Notes under the pieces: model-generated | Database searches by the model: none | Told to the model about the DNA's origin: nothing | The model's input: only the letters and a program-made list of their open reading frames with translations | Part shown: positions 38,482-47,506 of the stretch, piece after piece | Layout of the letters: each line of letters opens with the position of its first letter | Numbering within the stretch: the stretch's first letter is position 1 | Position numbers and translations under genes: made by a program | Assembly: GCA_963667705.1 (NCBI GenBank) | Contig: OY763937.1 | Span: 3,594,948 to 3,658,947, forward strand | Length of the DNA stretch: 64,000 nt | From: Alphaproteobacteria bacterium | GTDB lineage: Bacteria > Pseudomonadota > Alphaproteobacteria > UBA828 | Reading direction: 5' to 3'

Positions 38482-39417
38482 ATGAAGATCGCAATCGTCG
38501 GCGCCGGCGCCATGGGCTGCGTCTATGCGGCGCTCATGGCCGATGCCGGAAACGAGGTCTGGGCCATCGACACCTGGCAGGAGCACGTCGACGCGATCGC
38601 CGCGAAGGGGCTCCGGCTCGAGGGCGCGAGCGGCGACCGCACCGTGGCAATTGGCGCCACCACCGACCCTGCCGCCGCCGGCCCCTGCGACCTCGTCATC
38701 ATTGCCACCAAGGCGCCGCAGGTGGAAGTGGCGGCCGCGGGCGCCCGCGCCCTGCTTGGCCCCGAGACCCCGGTGCTCACCATCCAGAACGGCTTGGGAA
38801 GCGCGGCGAAGGTGGCCCGGATCGTCGGGCCGGAGCGCGTGATCGTTGGCGTGGTGGGCGGCTTCGGCGCCTCGATCAGGGCGCCCGGCCACGCCCATCA
38901 CAACGGCATGGAGCTGGTGCGGCTAGGTGAGTCGGACGGCGCGGTGACCCCCCGGCTGGAGCGCATCGCCGCGCTCTGGCGGGACGCGGGGTTCACGGTC
39001 AGGTGTTTCGACGATATCGAGCAGCTCGTCTGGGAGAAGCTCATCTGCAACGTGTGCTACAGCGGCACGGCGGCGCTCACGGGGCTCACCGTCGGCGCGA
39101 TCATCGCGGACCCGGACGCCTGGCCCATCGCCTCCGGCTGTGCGCGGGAGGCGTACCTGGTCGCCCGCGCCAGGAACATACGACTTGACATCGACGACCC
39201 CGTGGCTTACGTGCGCGACTTCGGCGCCAAGATCCCCGACGCGCGCCCATCCATGCTGCTGGACCACATGTCCGGCCGCCGGTCGGAGATCGATGCAATC
39301 AACGGCGCTATACCGCCGGAAGCGTTGGCGCTGGGCCTGGAAGCCCCCTGCAACAGCCTGGTCTCGGCACTGGTCCGAGCCAAGGAAGCGCGGTTTGACT
39401 TGCCGAAGGAGCAGTAA
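38482..39417 (+). CDS. 2-dehydropantoate 2-reductase (ApbA/PanE) family oxidoreductase
   Basis: 311 aa; MKIAIVGAGAMG dinucleotide fold; ATK..Q, LTIQNGLG and C-terminal KPR helical domain pattern (S.L.D...GRR.EID..NG). Confidence 0.8.
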   Translation: MKIAIVGAGAMGCVYAALMADAGNEVWAIDTWQEHVDAIAAKGLRLEGASGDRTVAIGATTDPAAAGPCDLVIIATKAPQVEVAAAGARALLGPETPVLTIQNGLGSAAKVARIVGPERVIVGVVGGFGASIRAPGHAHHNGMELVRLGESDGAVTPRLERIAALWRDAGFTVRCFDDIEQLVWEKLICNVCYSGTAALTGLTVGAIIADPDAWPIASGCAREAYLVARARNIRLDIDDPVAYVRDFGAKIPDARPSMLLDHMSGRRSEIDAINGAIPPEALALGLEAPCNSLVSALVRAKEARFDLPKEQ

Positions 39418-39422
39418 CGAAC

Positions 39423-40109
39423 ATGTCTGCAGCTGACCTCAAGGGAATGGTCGATGGCTACCGCCGTCTCTCGACAGCCAACGTGTCGGACGGCCTCGAC
39501 CGGGCCGGAATCGACGGAGCGCCGCAAGGCATCGGCCCGCTCTGGAGCGGCTGCGGCAAGATCGTGGGGCCCGCCGCCACGCTGAAGCTGGTGCCGGCGG
39601 GCGAAGCCGAGGAATCGCCGGTGCTCGGCACCCTCGAGGCGGTCAAGCGGGGCAACCCCGGCGATGTCCTGGTGATCGACCAGGGCGGGCGGACCGACGT
39701 GAACAGCTACGGCGGCGTCGCCGGCTTCACCACCCGGCAGTTCGGCCTTGTCGGCACGGTGATCGACGGCGTCACCCGGGACATCGACGAGTACAAGACG
39801 CTGAACCTGCCCGTCTACGGGCGGGGCTTCATCCAGCGCTCGATCCGCGACCGCTGCGCCTGCGCCGGCTACGGCATCCCCGTACGCCTCGGCGGCATCC
39901 CCGTCGAGCCGGGCGACATCATCCTCGCCGACGAGAACGGGGTCTGCATCGTCCCCCAGTCGCGTGCGTCCGAGGTGCTGGCCTACTCGACGCTCTTCAA
40001 GAGCATCGAGGAGGGCATCGTGGAGGCGGTGCGCCAGGGCGTGGACCCGGTCGAGGCCCACAACCGCGTGCGCTACGACATGATGACGAAGGCCGGCGTC
40101 GCCACATGA
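39423..40109 (+). CDS. RraA-family protein (RraA/MenG-like; possible class II pyruvate aldolase or decarboxylase)
   Basis: 228 aa; DVLVIDQGG..NSYGGVAGFTTRQFGLVGTVIDGVTRDIDE and IILADENGVCIVP blocks typical of RraA/HMG-CHA aldolase family. Confidence 0.75.
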   Translation: MSAADLKGMVDGYRRLSTANVSDGLDRAGIDGAPQGIGPLWSGCGKIVGPAATLKLVPAGEAEESPVLGTLEAVKRGNPGDVLVIDQGGRTDVNSYGGVAGFTTRQFGLVGTVIDGVTRDIDEYKTLNLPVYGRGFIQRSIRDRCACAGYGIPVRLGGIPVEPGDIILADENGVCIVPQSRASEVLAYSTLFKSIEEGIVEAVRQGVDPVEAHNRVRYDMMTKAGVAT

Positions 40110-41197
40110 AGGTGGACGGCCGGCCCTACCGCAGCATCTGGCTGGACGGGGACGGGCGCACGGTCGTCGTCATAGACCAGACGCGGCTTCCCCACGCCTT
40201 CGCGACGCGCCGGCTCGCCACCGTCGCGGACGCCGCCGACGCGATCAGGACCATGGTGGTGCGCGGCGCCCCGCTCATCGGCGCGACCGCGGCCTACGGC
40301 GTGGCGCTGGCGCTCGCCGACGATGCGGGCGATGCCAGCCTGGAGGCCGCCATCGCGCTCCTCGCGGGCACCCGGCCGACCGCGGTCAACCTGCGCTGGG
40401 CGCTCGAGGATCTGGGCCGGCGTCTCCGCCCCCTGCCTGCGGGCGAGCGCGCCGCCGCCGCCTACCGCCGGGCCGGCGAGATATGCGACGAGGACGTGGC
40501 GATCAACCGGGCGATCGGGGAGAACGGGCTCGCCCTGGTGGAGCGGGCGGCGGAAGGCAGGGACGGCCCGGTCAACGTGCTCACCCACTGCAACGCCGGC
40601 TGGCTCGCCGCGGTCGACTGGGGCACCGCGCTGGCGCCGCTCTACATGGCCCACGACAAGGGGATTCCGGTTCACGTCTGGGTCGACGAGACCCGGCCCC
40701 GCAACCAGGGCGCCGCGCTCACCGCGTGGGAGCTGGCCCGCCACGGCGTGCCGCACACGGTGATCGTGGACAACGCCGGCGGCCACCTGATGCAGCGCGG
40801 CATGGTCGACCTCTGCATCACCGGCACCGACCGCACCACCGCGCACGGCGACGTCTGCAACAAGATCGGCACCTACCTGAAGGCGCTCGCGGCCGGCGAC
40901 AACGGCGTGCCCTTCTACGTCGCATTGCCGCATCCGACCATCGACTGGTCGCTGGCCGACGGCGCCGAGACCCCGATCGAGCAGCGGGACGAGGACGAGG
41001 TGCTCACCATTACCGGGCGCGATGCCGCCGGGCAGGAGACGACCGTGGCGCTGACGCCGGCCGGGAGCCGCGCCGCGAATTACGCCTTCGACGTGACGCC
41101 TGCGCGGCTGGTCACAGCGCTGATCACCGACCGGGGCGTGTGCGAAGCCTCGGAGCAGGGCCTCAGGGGCCTCTTCCCCGAAGCCGCCTCGTCATAG
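40106..41197 (+). CDS. mtnA: S-methyl-5-thioribose-1-phosphate isomerase-like (eIF-2B alpha/beta/delta family)
   Basis: 363 aa; VRGAPLIGATAAYG, TRPTAVNLRWAL, CNAG, ETRP.NQGAALTAWEL, CNKIGTY, PIEQRDEDEV motifs align with MtnA; ATGA overlap with preceding gene. Confidence 0.8.
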   Translation: MKVDGRPYRSIWLDGDGRTVVVIDQTRLPHAFATRRLATVADAADAIRTMVVRGAPLIGATAAYGVALALADDAGDASLEAAIALLAGTRPTAVNLRWALEDLGRRLRPLPAGERAAAAYRRAGEICDEDVAINRAIGENGLALVERAAEGRDGPVNVLTHCNAGWLAAVDWGTALAPLYMAHDKGIPVHVWVDETRPRNQGAALTAWELARHGVPHTVIVDNAGGHLMQRGMVDLCITGTDRTTAHGDVCNKIGTYLKALAAGDNGVPFYVALPHPTIDWSLADGAETPIEQRDEDEVLTITGRDAAGQETTVALTPAGSRAANYAFDVTPARLVTALITDRGVCEASEQGLRGLFPEAASS

Positions 41198-42130
41198 ATC
41201 GAGAGGCTGCGCCGGCGCGAGCTCGGCCAGCCGCGCCTCGACCTGAGCTGCAGACGGCATCGCCGGCGCCGCGCCCTCGACCAAGCAGGCGAGGCCGCCG
41301 ATGACGCTCGCCCGGTGCAGCGTGTCGGGCAGCGTCGCCCCCGCCTCCAGGCCGAGGGCGAGGCCGGCGACGAAGGCATCGCCTGCGCCCACCGTGTCCA
41401 CCGGCTCGATCGCGAGCGCGCCGCAGCGCCAGGCCGCATCGTGGGCGAAGACGGCGGCGCCGGCGCCGCCCAGGCTCACCACAGTGGTCACGCCGTGGCG
41501 CAGGGCGATGGCACGGGCGGCATCCTCGCCCGCGCCCGCGCCCAGCCCCTGGGCGGCGGCCAGCATCCCGGCCTCGATCTCGTTCAGCACCAGCAGGTCG
41601 AGGGCGGGCAGCAGCGCCGCCGGCACCGGCTTGGCGGGCGCGAGGTTGAGCACCACGCGCGCGCCCCGCGCCCTGGCCCGCTCGACCACGGCCCAGTTCG
41701 ACTCCAGCGGCACCTCCATCTGCAGGACCAGCACCGTCCCCGGCCCGAGCCACGCGTCGGGCAGCGCTTGCGGCGCAAGGTCGGTGTTGGCCCCGCTGGC
41801 CACGGTGATCTGGTTCTCGCCTTCACCGTCCACGATCACGGCGGCGCAGCCGGTGGGCAGCGCGCTCTCCGCCACCGCGCCCGCGTCGACGCCCGCCTCC
41901 TCGAGCGCCGCGAGGGCCATGGGCGCGAAGCCGTCCGCGCCGACGCGGCCGACCATCCTGACCGAAGGCGCAGGCGGCGCGGCGGCCCGCGCCGCGGCCA
42001 CCGCCTGGTTGAGCCCCTTGCCGCCGGCCGCGGCCCGGTATCCGGCGCACAGCACCGTCTCGCCCGCGCGCGGCAGCGCGTCGACGGCGAAGAGGAGATC
42101 GACGTTGATGGAACCGAAGACGACGATCAT
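41192..42130 (-). CDS. ribokinase-family (PfkB) carbohydrate kinase
   Basis: 312 aa; GSINVDL, GGKGLNQAVAAARA (ribokinase GG motif) and DTVGAGDAFVAG (PfkB signature 2); 6-nt convergent overlap with mtnA. Confidence 0.8.
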   Translation of the reverse strand: MIVVFGSINVDLLFAVDALPRAGETVLCAGYRAAAGGKGLNQAVAAARAAAPPAPSVRMVGRVGADGFAPMALAALEEAGVDAGAVAESALPTGCAAVIVDGEGENQITVASGANTDLAPQALPDAWLGPGTVLVLQMEVPLESNWAVVERARARGARVVLNLAPAKPVPAALLPALDLLVLNEIEAGMLAAAQGLGAGAGEDAARAIALRHGVTTVVSLGGAGAAVFAHDAAWRCGALAIEPVDTVGAGDAFVAGLALGLEAGATLPDTLHRASVIGGLACLVEGAAPAMPSAAQVEARLAELAPAQPLDL

Positions 42131-42142
42131 CGCTGCACCCGC

Positions 42143-43726
42143 CTAGTGACGGAAGTGGCGCAGCCCGGTAAAGACCATGGCAAGGTCCTTCTCGTCGGCC
42201 GCGGCGATGACCTCCGCGTCGCGCTTCGAGCCGCCGGGCTGGATCACCGCCGTGGCGCCGGCTGCGGCCGCCGCCAGCAGCCCGTCCGCGAAGGGAAAGA
42301 ACGCGTCCGACGCCACCACGCAACCCTCGGCCCGCGAGCGGGGCTCGCCGGCGGCGGCCGACGCGTCCGCGGCCTTCTGCGCCGCGATCCGCGAGGAATC
42401 GACGCGGCTCATCTGGCCCGCGCCGATGCCGACCGTGGCGCCCCCCTTGGCGTAGACGATGGCATTCGACTTCACGTGCTTTGCGACGGTGAAGGCGAAG
42501 AGCAGGTCGGCCCGCTCCGCCTCGGTCGGCGCCCGCCGGGTCACGGTCTCGAGCGCGGCGGGGTCGGCGCGCGCGGAATCCGCCGTCTGCACCAGGAAGC
42601 CGTCGCCGAGCGTGCGCACCACGAGCCCGTGGCCGCCCTCGGCGGCGCCGGTGAGGAGCACGCGCAGGTCTGCCTTGCCCCCCAGCACGGCGCGCGCGTC
42701 CTCGTCCGCCTCGGGTGCCACCACCACCTCGGTGAAGAGGCCCGTGATGGCGCGCGCGGTCTCGCCGTCGAGCGCCCGGTTGGCCGCGATGACGCCGCCG
42801 AAGGCGCTCACCGGATCGCAGGCCCGCGCCTTCCCGTAGGCCTCGGCGAGGGTGTCGCCGAGGGCGACGCCGCAGGGGTTGCCGTGCTTGATGATGGCGA
42901 TGGCGGGCGGGCCGAACTCGCGCACCAGCGCGTGCGCCGCCTCGGCGTCGGCCAGATTGTTGTAGCTCGGCTCCTTGCCCTGGATCAGCGCGGCCTGGGC
43001 GAGGCCGGGCGGGGCCGCGGGATCGACGTAGAGCGCGGCGCTCTGGTGCGGGTTCTCGCCGTAGCGCAGCAGCCTCCGGCGCTCGCCGCCCAGCACGAAG
43101 CGGGCGGGCAGGCCCTCGTCTGCGGCCTCGGCTCCGAGGCGGCGGGCGATGGCGGCGTCGTAGGCGGCCGTGCGCGCGAACGCCGTCGCCGCCAGCCGCC
43201 GGCGCAGGCCGAGGCTGGTGGCGCCGCCGAGCGCCTCCAGCTCTTCCATCACGGCCGCGTAGTCCGAGGGCTGCACCACCACGGTCACGTCCTCGTGGTT
43301 CTTCGCCGCCGCCCGGATCATCGCCGGGCCGCCGATGTCGATGGTCTCGATGCAGCGCTCCAGCGCCGCGCCCTCGCGCACCGCCTCCTCGAAGGGGTAG
43401 AGGTTGACCGCGACCAGGTCGATGCCGGCGATGCCGTGCGCCTCCATCGCGGCGCGGTGCCCGGCGTCCTCCCTGCGCGCGAGGATTCCGCCGTGGATCG
43501 CCGGGTGCAGGGTCTTGACCCGGCCGTCCATGATCTCGGGAAAGCCCGTGTGGTCGGAGATGTCGGTGACTGCGATGCCGGCGTCGCGCAGGGTGCGTGC
43601 GGTGCCGCCGGTGGACAGGATTGCGGCGCCGTGAGCAGCGAGCGCAGACGCGAAGGGCACGAGCCCGGTCTTGTCCGAGACTGAGATGAGGGCGCGGGCG
43701 ATGGGCCGGCCTTGCGTGTCGGGCAT
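42143..43726 (-). CDS. purH: bifunctional AICAR transformylase / IMP cyclohydrolase
   Basis: 527 aa; [15 protein letters not shown]-like domain; LSTGGTA; C-terminal AICARFT domain with ASDAFFPF motif. Confidence 0.95.
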   Translation of the reverse strand: MPDTQGRPIARALISVSDKTGLVPFASALAAHGAAILSTGGTARTLRDAGIAVTDISDHTGFPEIMDGRVKTLHPAIHGGILARREDAGHRAAMEAHGIAGIDLVAVNLYPFEEAVREGAALERCIETIDIGGPAMIRAAAKNHEDVTVVVQPSDYAAVMEELEALGGATSLGLRRRLAATAFARTAAYDAAIARRLGAEAADEGLPARFVLGGERRRLLRYGENPHQSAALYVDPAAPPGLAQAALIQGKEPSYNNLADAEAAHALVREFGPPAIAIIKHGNPCGVALGDTLAEAYGKARACDPVSAFGGVIAANRALDGETARAITGLFTEVVVAPEADEDARAVLGGKADLRVLLTGAAEGGHGLVVRTLGDGFLVQTADSARADPAALETVTRRAPTEAERADLLFAFTVAKHVKSNAIVYAKGGATVGIGAGQMSRVDSSRIAAQKAADASAAAGEPRSRAEGCVVASDAFFPFADGLLAAAAAGATAVIQPGGSKRDAEVIAAADEKDLAMVFTGLRHFRH

Positions 43727-43766
43727 TCAACTGCTCCCCGGGGCCGGGTCGTGGCGGGCAGGCGAG

Positions 43767-45710
43767 CTAGCGCGCGAGCCCGGCGTCGGCCGGGGCGGCG
43801 GAAGGATCGCCGCCGCTCCGCTCGTACTCGGGCACCATCGCCGCCACCAGCGCCAGCGCGTCCGCCGTGCGCCGGTCGCGGGCCGCGGCCTGGAGCTGGT
43901 CGAGCCGGCGCCGCATGAGCGCGAGGTCCGCGGGCCGCGATTCGGCCCGGAGGATGCCCGGCGTATCGGTCGCGACCAGCGGCTCGGCCGGATGGAAGAG
44001 CGCCTCGTCCTTCTTCTCGCCGGGCCTGAGGCCGGTGAACACGATCTCGATGTCCCTGTCGGGCGCGAGCCCGGCGAGGCGGATCATCTGCCGCGCGAGA
44101 TCGACGATCCTGATCGGCTGGCCCATGTCGAGCACGTAGATGCCGCCGCCTTCCTCGCCCGCGCCGAGGGCCGAGGCCTGGAGCAGGAGCTGCACCGCCT
44201 CCCGCGTCGTCATGAAGTAGCGGGCGACGTCGGGGTCGGTCACGGTCACCGGGCCGCCGGCCGCGATCTGGCGCTGGAAGAGCGGCACCACCGAGCCGGA
44301 GGAGCCGATCACGTTGCCGAAGCGCACCGTCACCAGGCGCAAGGTGCCGGCCTCGGGCGAGGCGGCCAGCGCCTGGCAGTAGCTCTCGGCGATGCGCTTG
44401 GTCGCGCCCATGACGCTCGCCGGGTTCACCGCCTTGTCGGTGGAGACCAGCACCATCGCACCGACGCCCGATTCGAGGCAGGCATCGGCCACGTTGCGGG
44501 TGCCCACCGCATTGGTGAGCACGCCCTCGTTGGGGTTGGTCTCGACCATGTGCACGTGCTTGAGCGCGGCCGCGTGGAACACCAGCTCGGGCCGCTCGCG
44601 GGCGAAGGTCGACGCGAGGCGGCCCGGGTCCCGCACGTCGCCCAGCACGGTGCTGCGCGCGAGGCCGGGATGGGCCTCGTCGAGCTCCATGTCGATGCGG
44701 TAGAGGTTGTATTCGGCACTGTCGACGAGCGTGAGGTGTGCCGGCCCGTCCTCGGCGATCTGGCGCGCGAGCTCCCCGCCGATGGTGCCGCCGGCCCCGG
44801 TGATGCAGACCCGCCGGCCGTTGACGAGCGCGCGCATGGCGACGCGGTCGGGCGCGGCCTGCGGGCGCCCGAGCAGGTCTTCGAGGCGTACCGGCCTCAC
44901 GTCGATCTCGCTCGCGACGCCGGGGCGGAAATCGGTGAGCTCCGGCAGGCGCGAGAGCGGCAGCCCGAGCGCCTCGCACGCCCCGAGCAGGGCGCGGAGG
45001 CGGTCGGGGTCCGCATCGGGGGTGGTCAGCACCGCGCGGTGAGGCCCCGCCCCGCGCGCCCGCAGCGAGCGCATGATCTGCGGCAGCTCGGCGGTCGTGC
45101 CGAGGATTCGCACGCCGTGGATGCGGCGCTTCGCCTTGCTTGCGTCGTCGTCCACGATGCCGACGACGCGGTAGCTCGCGGACGAGCCCCGCATGGTGGC
45201 GCTGATGAAGAGCTCGGCGTTGTCGCCCGCGCCCAGCAGCAGCACCGGAATCTGACGCCCGGCCGCGCCGCCCCGCCGCAGCACGCCGGCGAGGCTGCCG
45301 TCCAGCACGGCCCGGTAGACGACGCGCGGGCCCACCAGGAGCGCGATCAGGATGAACCAGTTGATGAGAAGGGCGGAGCGGGGATAGGCCTCGAGCCGCG
45401 TCAGCGCAAACAGGATCGGCACGAAGATCAGCACCGCGAGGCTCGCCGCCTGCACCACCAGCACCACGTCGCGCAGCGCGGTGTAGCGCCAGACCCCGCG
45501 GTAGATGCGCGTGCGCCAGAAGATCAGCGCCGCGACCGCAGTGAAGAGCAGTATCCCCTCGACGAAGAAGCCGCTCGACATCTCCCAGAAGGAGCCGAGC
45601 CCGTGGCGCAGCAGCAGGGCGAGCGCGAACGACACGCCCGCCATGGTCACGTCGTGCGCCGCTACCGCGTACGCGCGGTTCACGATGAAGCGTGTGCCGA
45701 TGTGCCGCAT
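43767..45710 (-). CDS. polysaccharide biosynthesis protein CapD/WbpM-type (membrane-anchored NDP-sugar 4,6-dehydratase)
   Basis: about 647 aa from internal ATG (MRHIGTRFIV..); four N-terminal TM helices, then two Rossmann regions (LLGAGDNAELF.., VCITGAGGTIGGELARQI) and LVSTDKAVNP.SVMGATKR catalytic block; upstream part of ORF-track frame is read-through into wbpL. Confidence 0.8.
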   Translation of the reverse strand: MRHIGTRFIVNRAYAVAAHDVTMAGVSFALALLLRHGLGSFWEMSSGFFVEGILLFTAVAALIFWRTRIYRGVWRYTALRDVVLVVQAASLAVLIFVPILFALTRLEAYPRSALLINWFILIALLVGPRVVYRAVLDGSLAGVLRRGGAAGRQIPVLLLGAGDNAELFISATMRGSSASYRVVGIVDDDASKAKRRIHGVRILGTTAELPQIMRSLRARGAGPHRAVLTTPDADPDRLRALLGACEALGLPLSRLPELTDFRPGVASEIDVRPVRLEDLLGRPQAAPDRVAMRALVNGRRVCITGAGGTIGGELARQIAEDGPAHLTLVDSAEYNLYRIDMELDEAHPGLARSTVLGDVRDPGRLASTFARERPELVFHAAALKHVHMVETNPNEGVLTNAVGTRNVADACLESGVGAMVLVSTDKAVNPASVMGATKRIAESYCQALAASPEAGTLRLVTVRFGNVIGSSGSVVPLFQRQIAAGGPVTVTDPDVARYFMTTREAVQLLLQASALGAGEEGGGIYVLDMGQPIRIVDLARQMIRLAGLAPDRDIEIVFTGLRPGEKKDEALFHPAEPLVATDTPGILRAESRPADLALMRRRLDQLQAAARDRRTADALALVAAMVPEYERSGGDPSAAPADAGLAR

Positions 45711-46733
45711 GGTGCCCGAGCCGCGGCGCGAAGATACCACAGCAGGGCCGCGACAAGTATCGCGCCCGCCGCGAGCGCGGCGGCGGTGGCGGCGATGCCG
45801 TTCTGCGAAGCGACCGCCAGCGCCACCAGCAGGAGGTTGTTGGCGGCGATGAGCGCCGCCGCGCGCCCGTGGCTCCAGCCCGCCGCCACCACGCGCTGGT
45901 AGAAGTGCTCGCGGTGCGCCTGCCAGATGCGGCGGCGCTGCAGCAGGCGGCGAAGCAGGGTGAGCGTCGCGTCCGCCAGGTAGTAGGCGGGCAGCAGCAG
46001 CGCCGCCTGCCAGGCGCCGGAGGCTGCCAGCGCCAGCATGAGCCAGCCCGCCAGGTAGCCGAGCGGAACGCTGCCGACATCGCCGAGGAAGATCTTCGCG
46101 GGATGCCAGTTCCAGAGCAGGAAGCCGAGCGAGACGCCCGCCAGCGCCAGCCCGGGAGGGCCGAGCCCCGCCGGCACGGCGCCCAGCAGCGCCAGCAGGA
46201 AGGCGCCGAGCCCGAGACTCGCGCCCTCGACGCCGCTGATGCCGTCGATCCCGTCCATGAAGTTGAACAGGTTCACGAACCAGAGCCAGGCCAGCGCCGC
46301 CAGCGCGTGGTCGGCAAGGGGCGGAAGGAGGCCCTGGAAGACCAGCGCGTCGCCGGGGAGCGCCAGGATGCCGGCGCCCACCGCCGCGATCTGCACCGCG
46401 AGGCGGGGCCACGCGGGGAGCCCGCCGCGCATGTCGTCGAGCCAGGACACCGCGGCCAGCCCGAGCGCGCCCGCGAGCGCCACCCAGAACAGCGCCCCGC
46501 AGCCGGTGCAGGCGCCCCACAGCCAGAGCGCGAGCCAGGCTGCGAGAAGCACGCCGACGACGGCGATGCCGCCACCGCGCGGCACGTCTCCCTGGTGGCT
46601 GGAGCGCTCGTTGGGCCGGTCCACGACCCCGTGGCGGCGCAGCAGCCCGCGCACGAGGCCGGTGAGAGCCGCTGCGGCCGCGAGGCTGGCACCACCCGCA
46701 GCCAGGGATACGGCGAGGCTCACCGCACCCGGT
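45680..46733 (-). CDS. glycosyltransferase family 4 / MraY-like polyprenol-phosphate HexNAc-1-phosphate transferase (WbpL/WecA-like)
   Basis: VDRPNERSSHQGDVPRGGG, DDMRGGLP, NLFNFMDGIDG and FLGDVGS motifs; GTG start at 46733 places first TM at N-terminus (alternative ATG at 46846); 31-nt overlap with downstream capD start. Confidence 0.7.
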
Positions 46734-47063
46734 CGGGCACCGCCGCCGCCCGCCGCCTGCCAGCCGTCATGCCCAAGGCCGCCTCCTTTCGCCACCGCTT
46801 CCGGCGCCGCCGCCCGATGCCACGCGCCGCCCGCGCAAAGGCTCATACACCGGGAGGGCGCAAACCGACAGCCGGATGGGCAGCACCGGCCTTGCCGCGA
46901 CGCGGCCCCACATATCGACCCCGGTATGTCTCGACGGTGGCGCAGGCAATACGACATGGCAGTGGTGAGGTCGTTGTGACATACTGGCGCGAGAGTCGTG
47001 AACGTCCTTGGCAGGTTCCGCCTCATGCCCGTATCGAGACCGCTCTAGAGATTCATCGAGACA

Positions 47064-47312
47064 ATGTATTCGCGAATCGACCCCGTCGCGCTGGTCTTCG
47101 AGATCGGGGTCGACGAGTATCTCGCCACACTTGCGGCGAGGCACGCCGGGCTTGAGCGGGCGATCCAGGAGGAGGCGCGGCGGCCGGCTCCGGACGGGCT
47201 GTCGCTGACTTACCTGAAGCGCCGCAAGCTCAAGGTGAAGGACGAGATCACGCGGCTGCAGACTGCTGCTGCGGGCACCGGCCGCCGTTCCGGAGCCAGC
47301 GGTCAGGGTTGA
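47064..47312 (+). CDS. DUF465 (YdcH-like) small protein
   Basis: 82 aa; LTYLKRRKLKVKDEITRLQ is the signature RLKRRKLxLKDEI motif of DUF465. Confidence 0.7.
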   Translation: MYSRIDPVALVFEIGVDEYLATLAARHAGLERAIQEEARRPAPDGLSLTYLKRRKLKVKDEITRLQTAAAGTGRRSGASGQG

Positions 47313-47319
47313 GGCTCGC

Positions 47320-47336
47320 GGCCGCCGCTGGCGGCC
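47320..47336 (+). terminator. weak hairpin downstream of DUF465 gene
   Basis: GGCCGCC-GCT-GGCGGCC 7-bp stem immediately after stop. Confidence 0.25.
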
Positions 47337-47506
47337 GGCCTTGCGCACATGGAGCGTTCCCGTGCCGGAGGACGGAGCAATTCCCGATCGACCTTCCCTC
47401 CCCGCAATTGACAGACTGCCGGCGCGTGTTCAGGGTTGGCGGTTGTCCGTCGCCGCCGACTGACGAGGCGGCGCATGTGCGCATGGGCTAGGAACAGCTT
47501 CTGAGC

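Noticed and set aside
36161-38494. 777-aa minus-strand ORF
   Set aside because: Antisense to purF and the SDR gene.
41315-43684. 789-aa plus-strand ORF and overlapping 635-aa minus ORF (41823-43730)
   Set aside because: Alternative frames of, or antisense to, the rbsK-like gene and purH. High Arg/Gly content with no domain signatures.
43318-46080. 920-aa minus ORF and 743-aa plus ORF (43671-45902)
   Set aside because: Off-frame or antisense to capD/wbpL. The capD frame carries clear Rossmann and dehydratase motifs.
46890-46914. CTTGCC...CCCCACATAT resembling a sigma32 promoter upstream of the DUF465 gene
   Set aside because: CTTG to CCCC spacing is only about 11-12 nt versus the 16-17 required.
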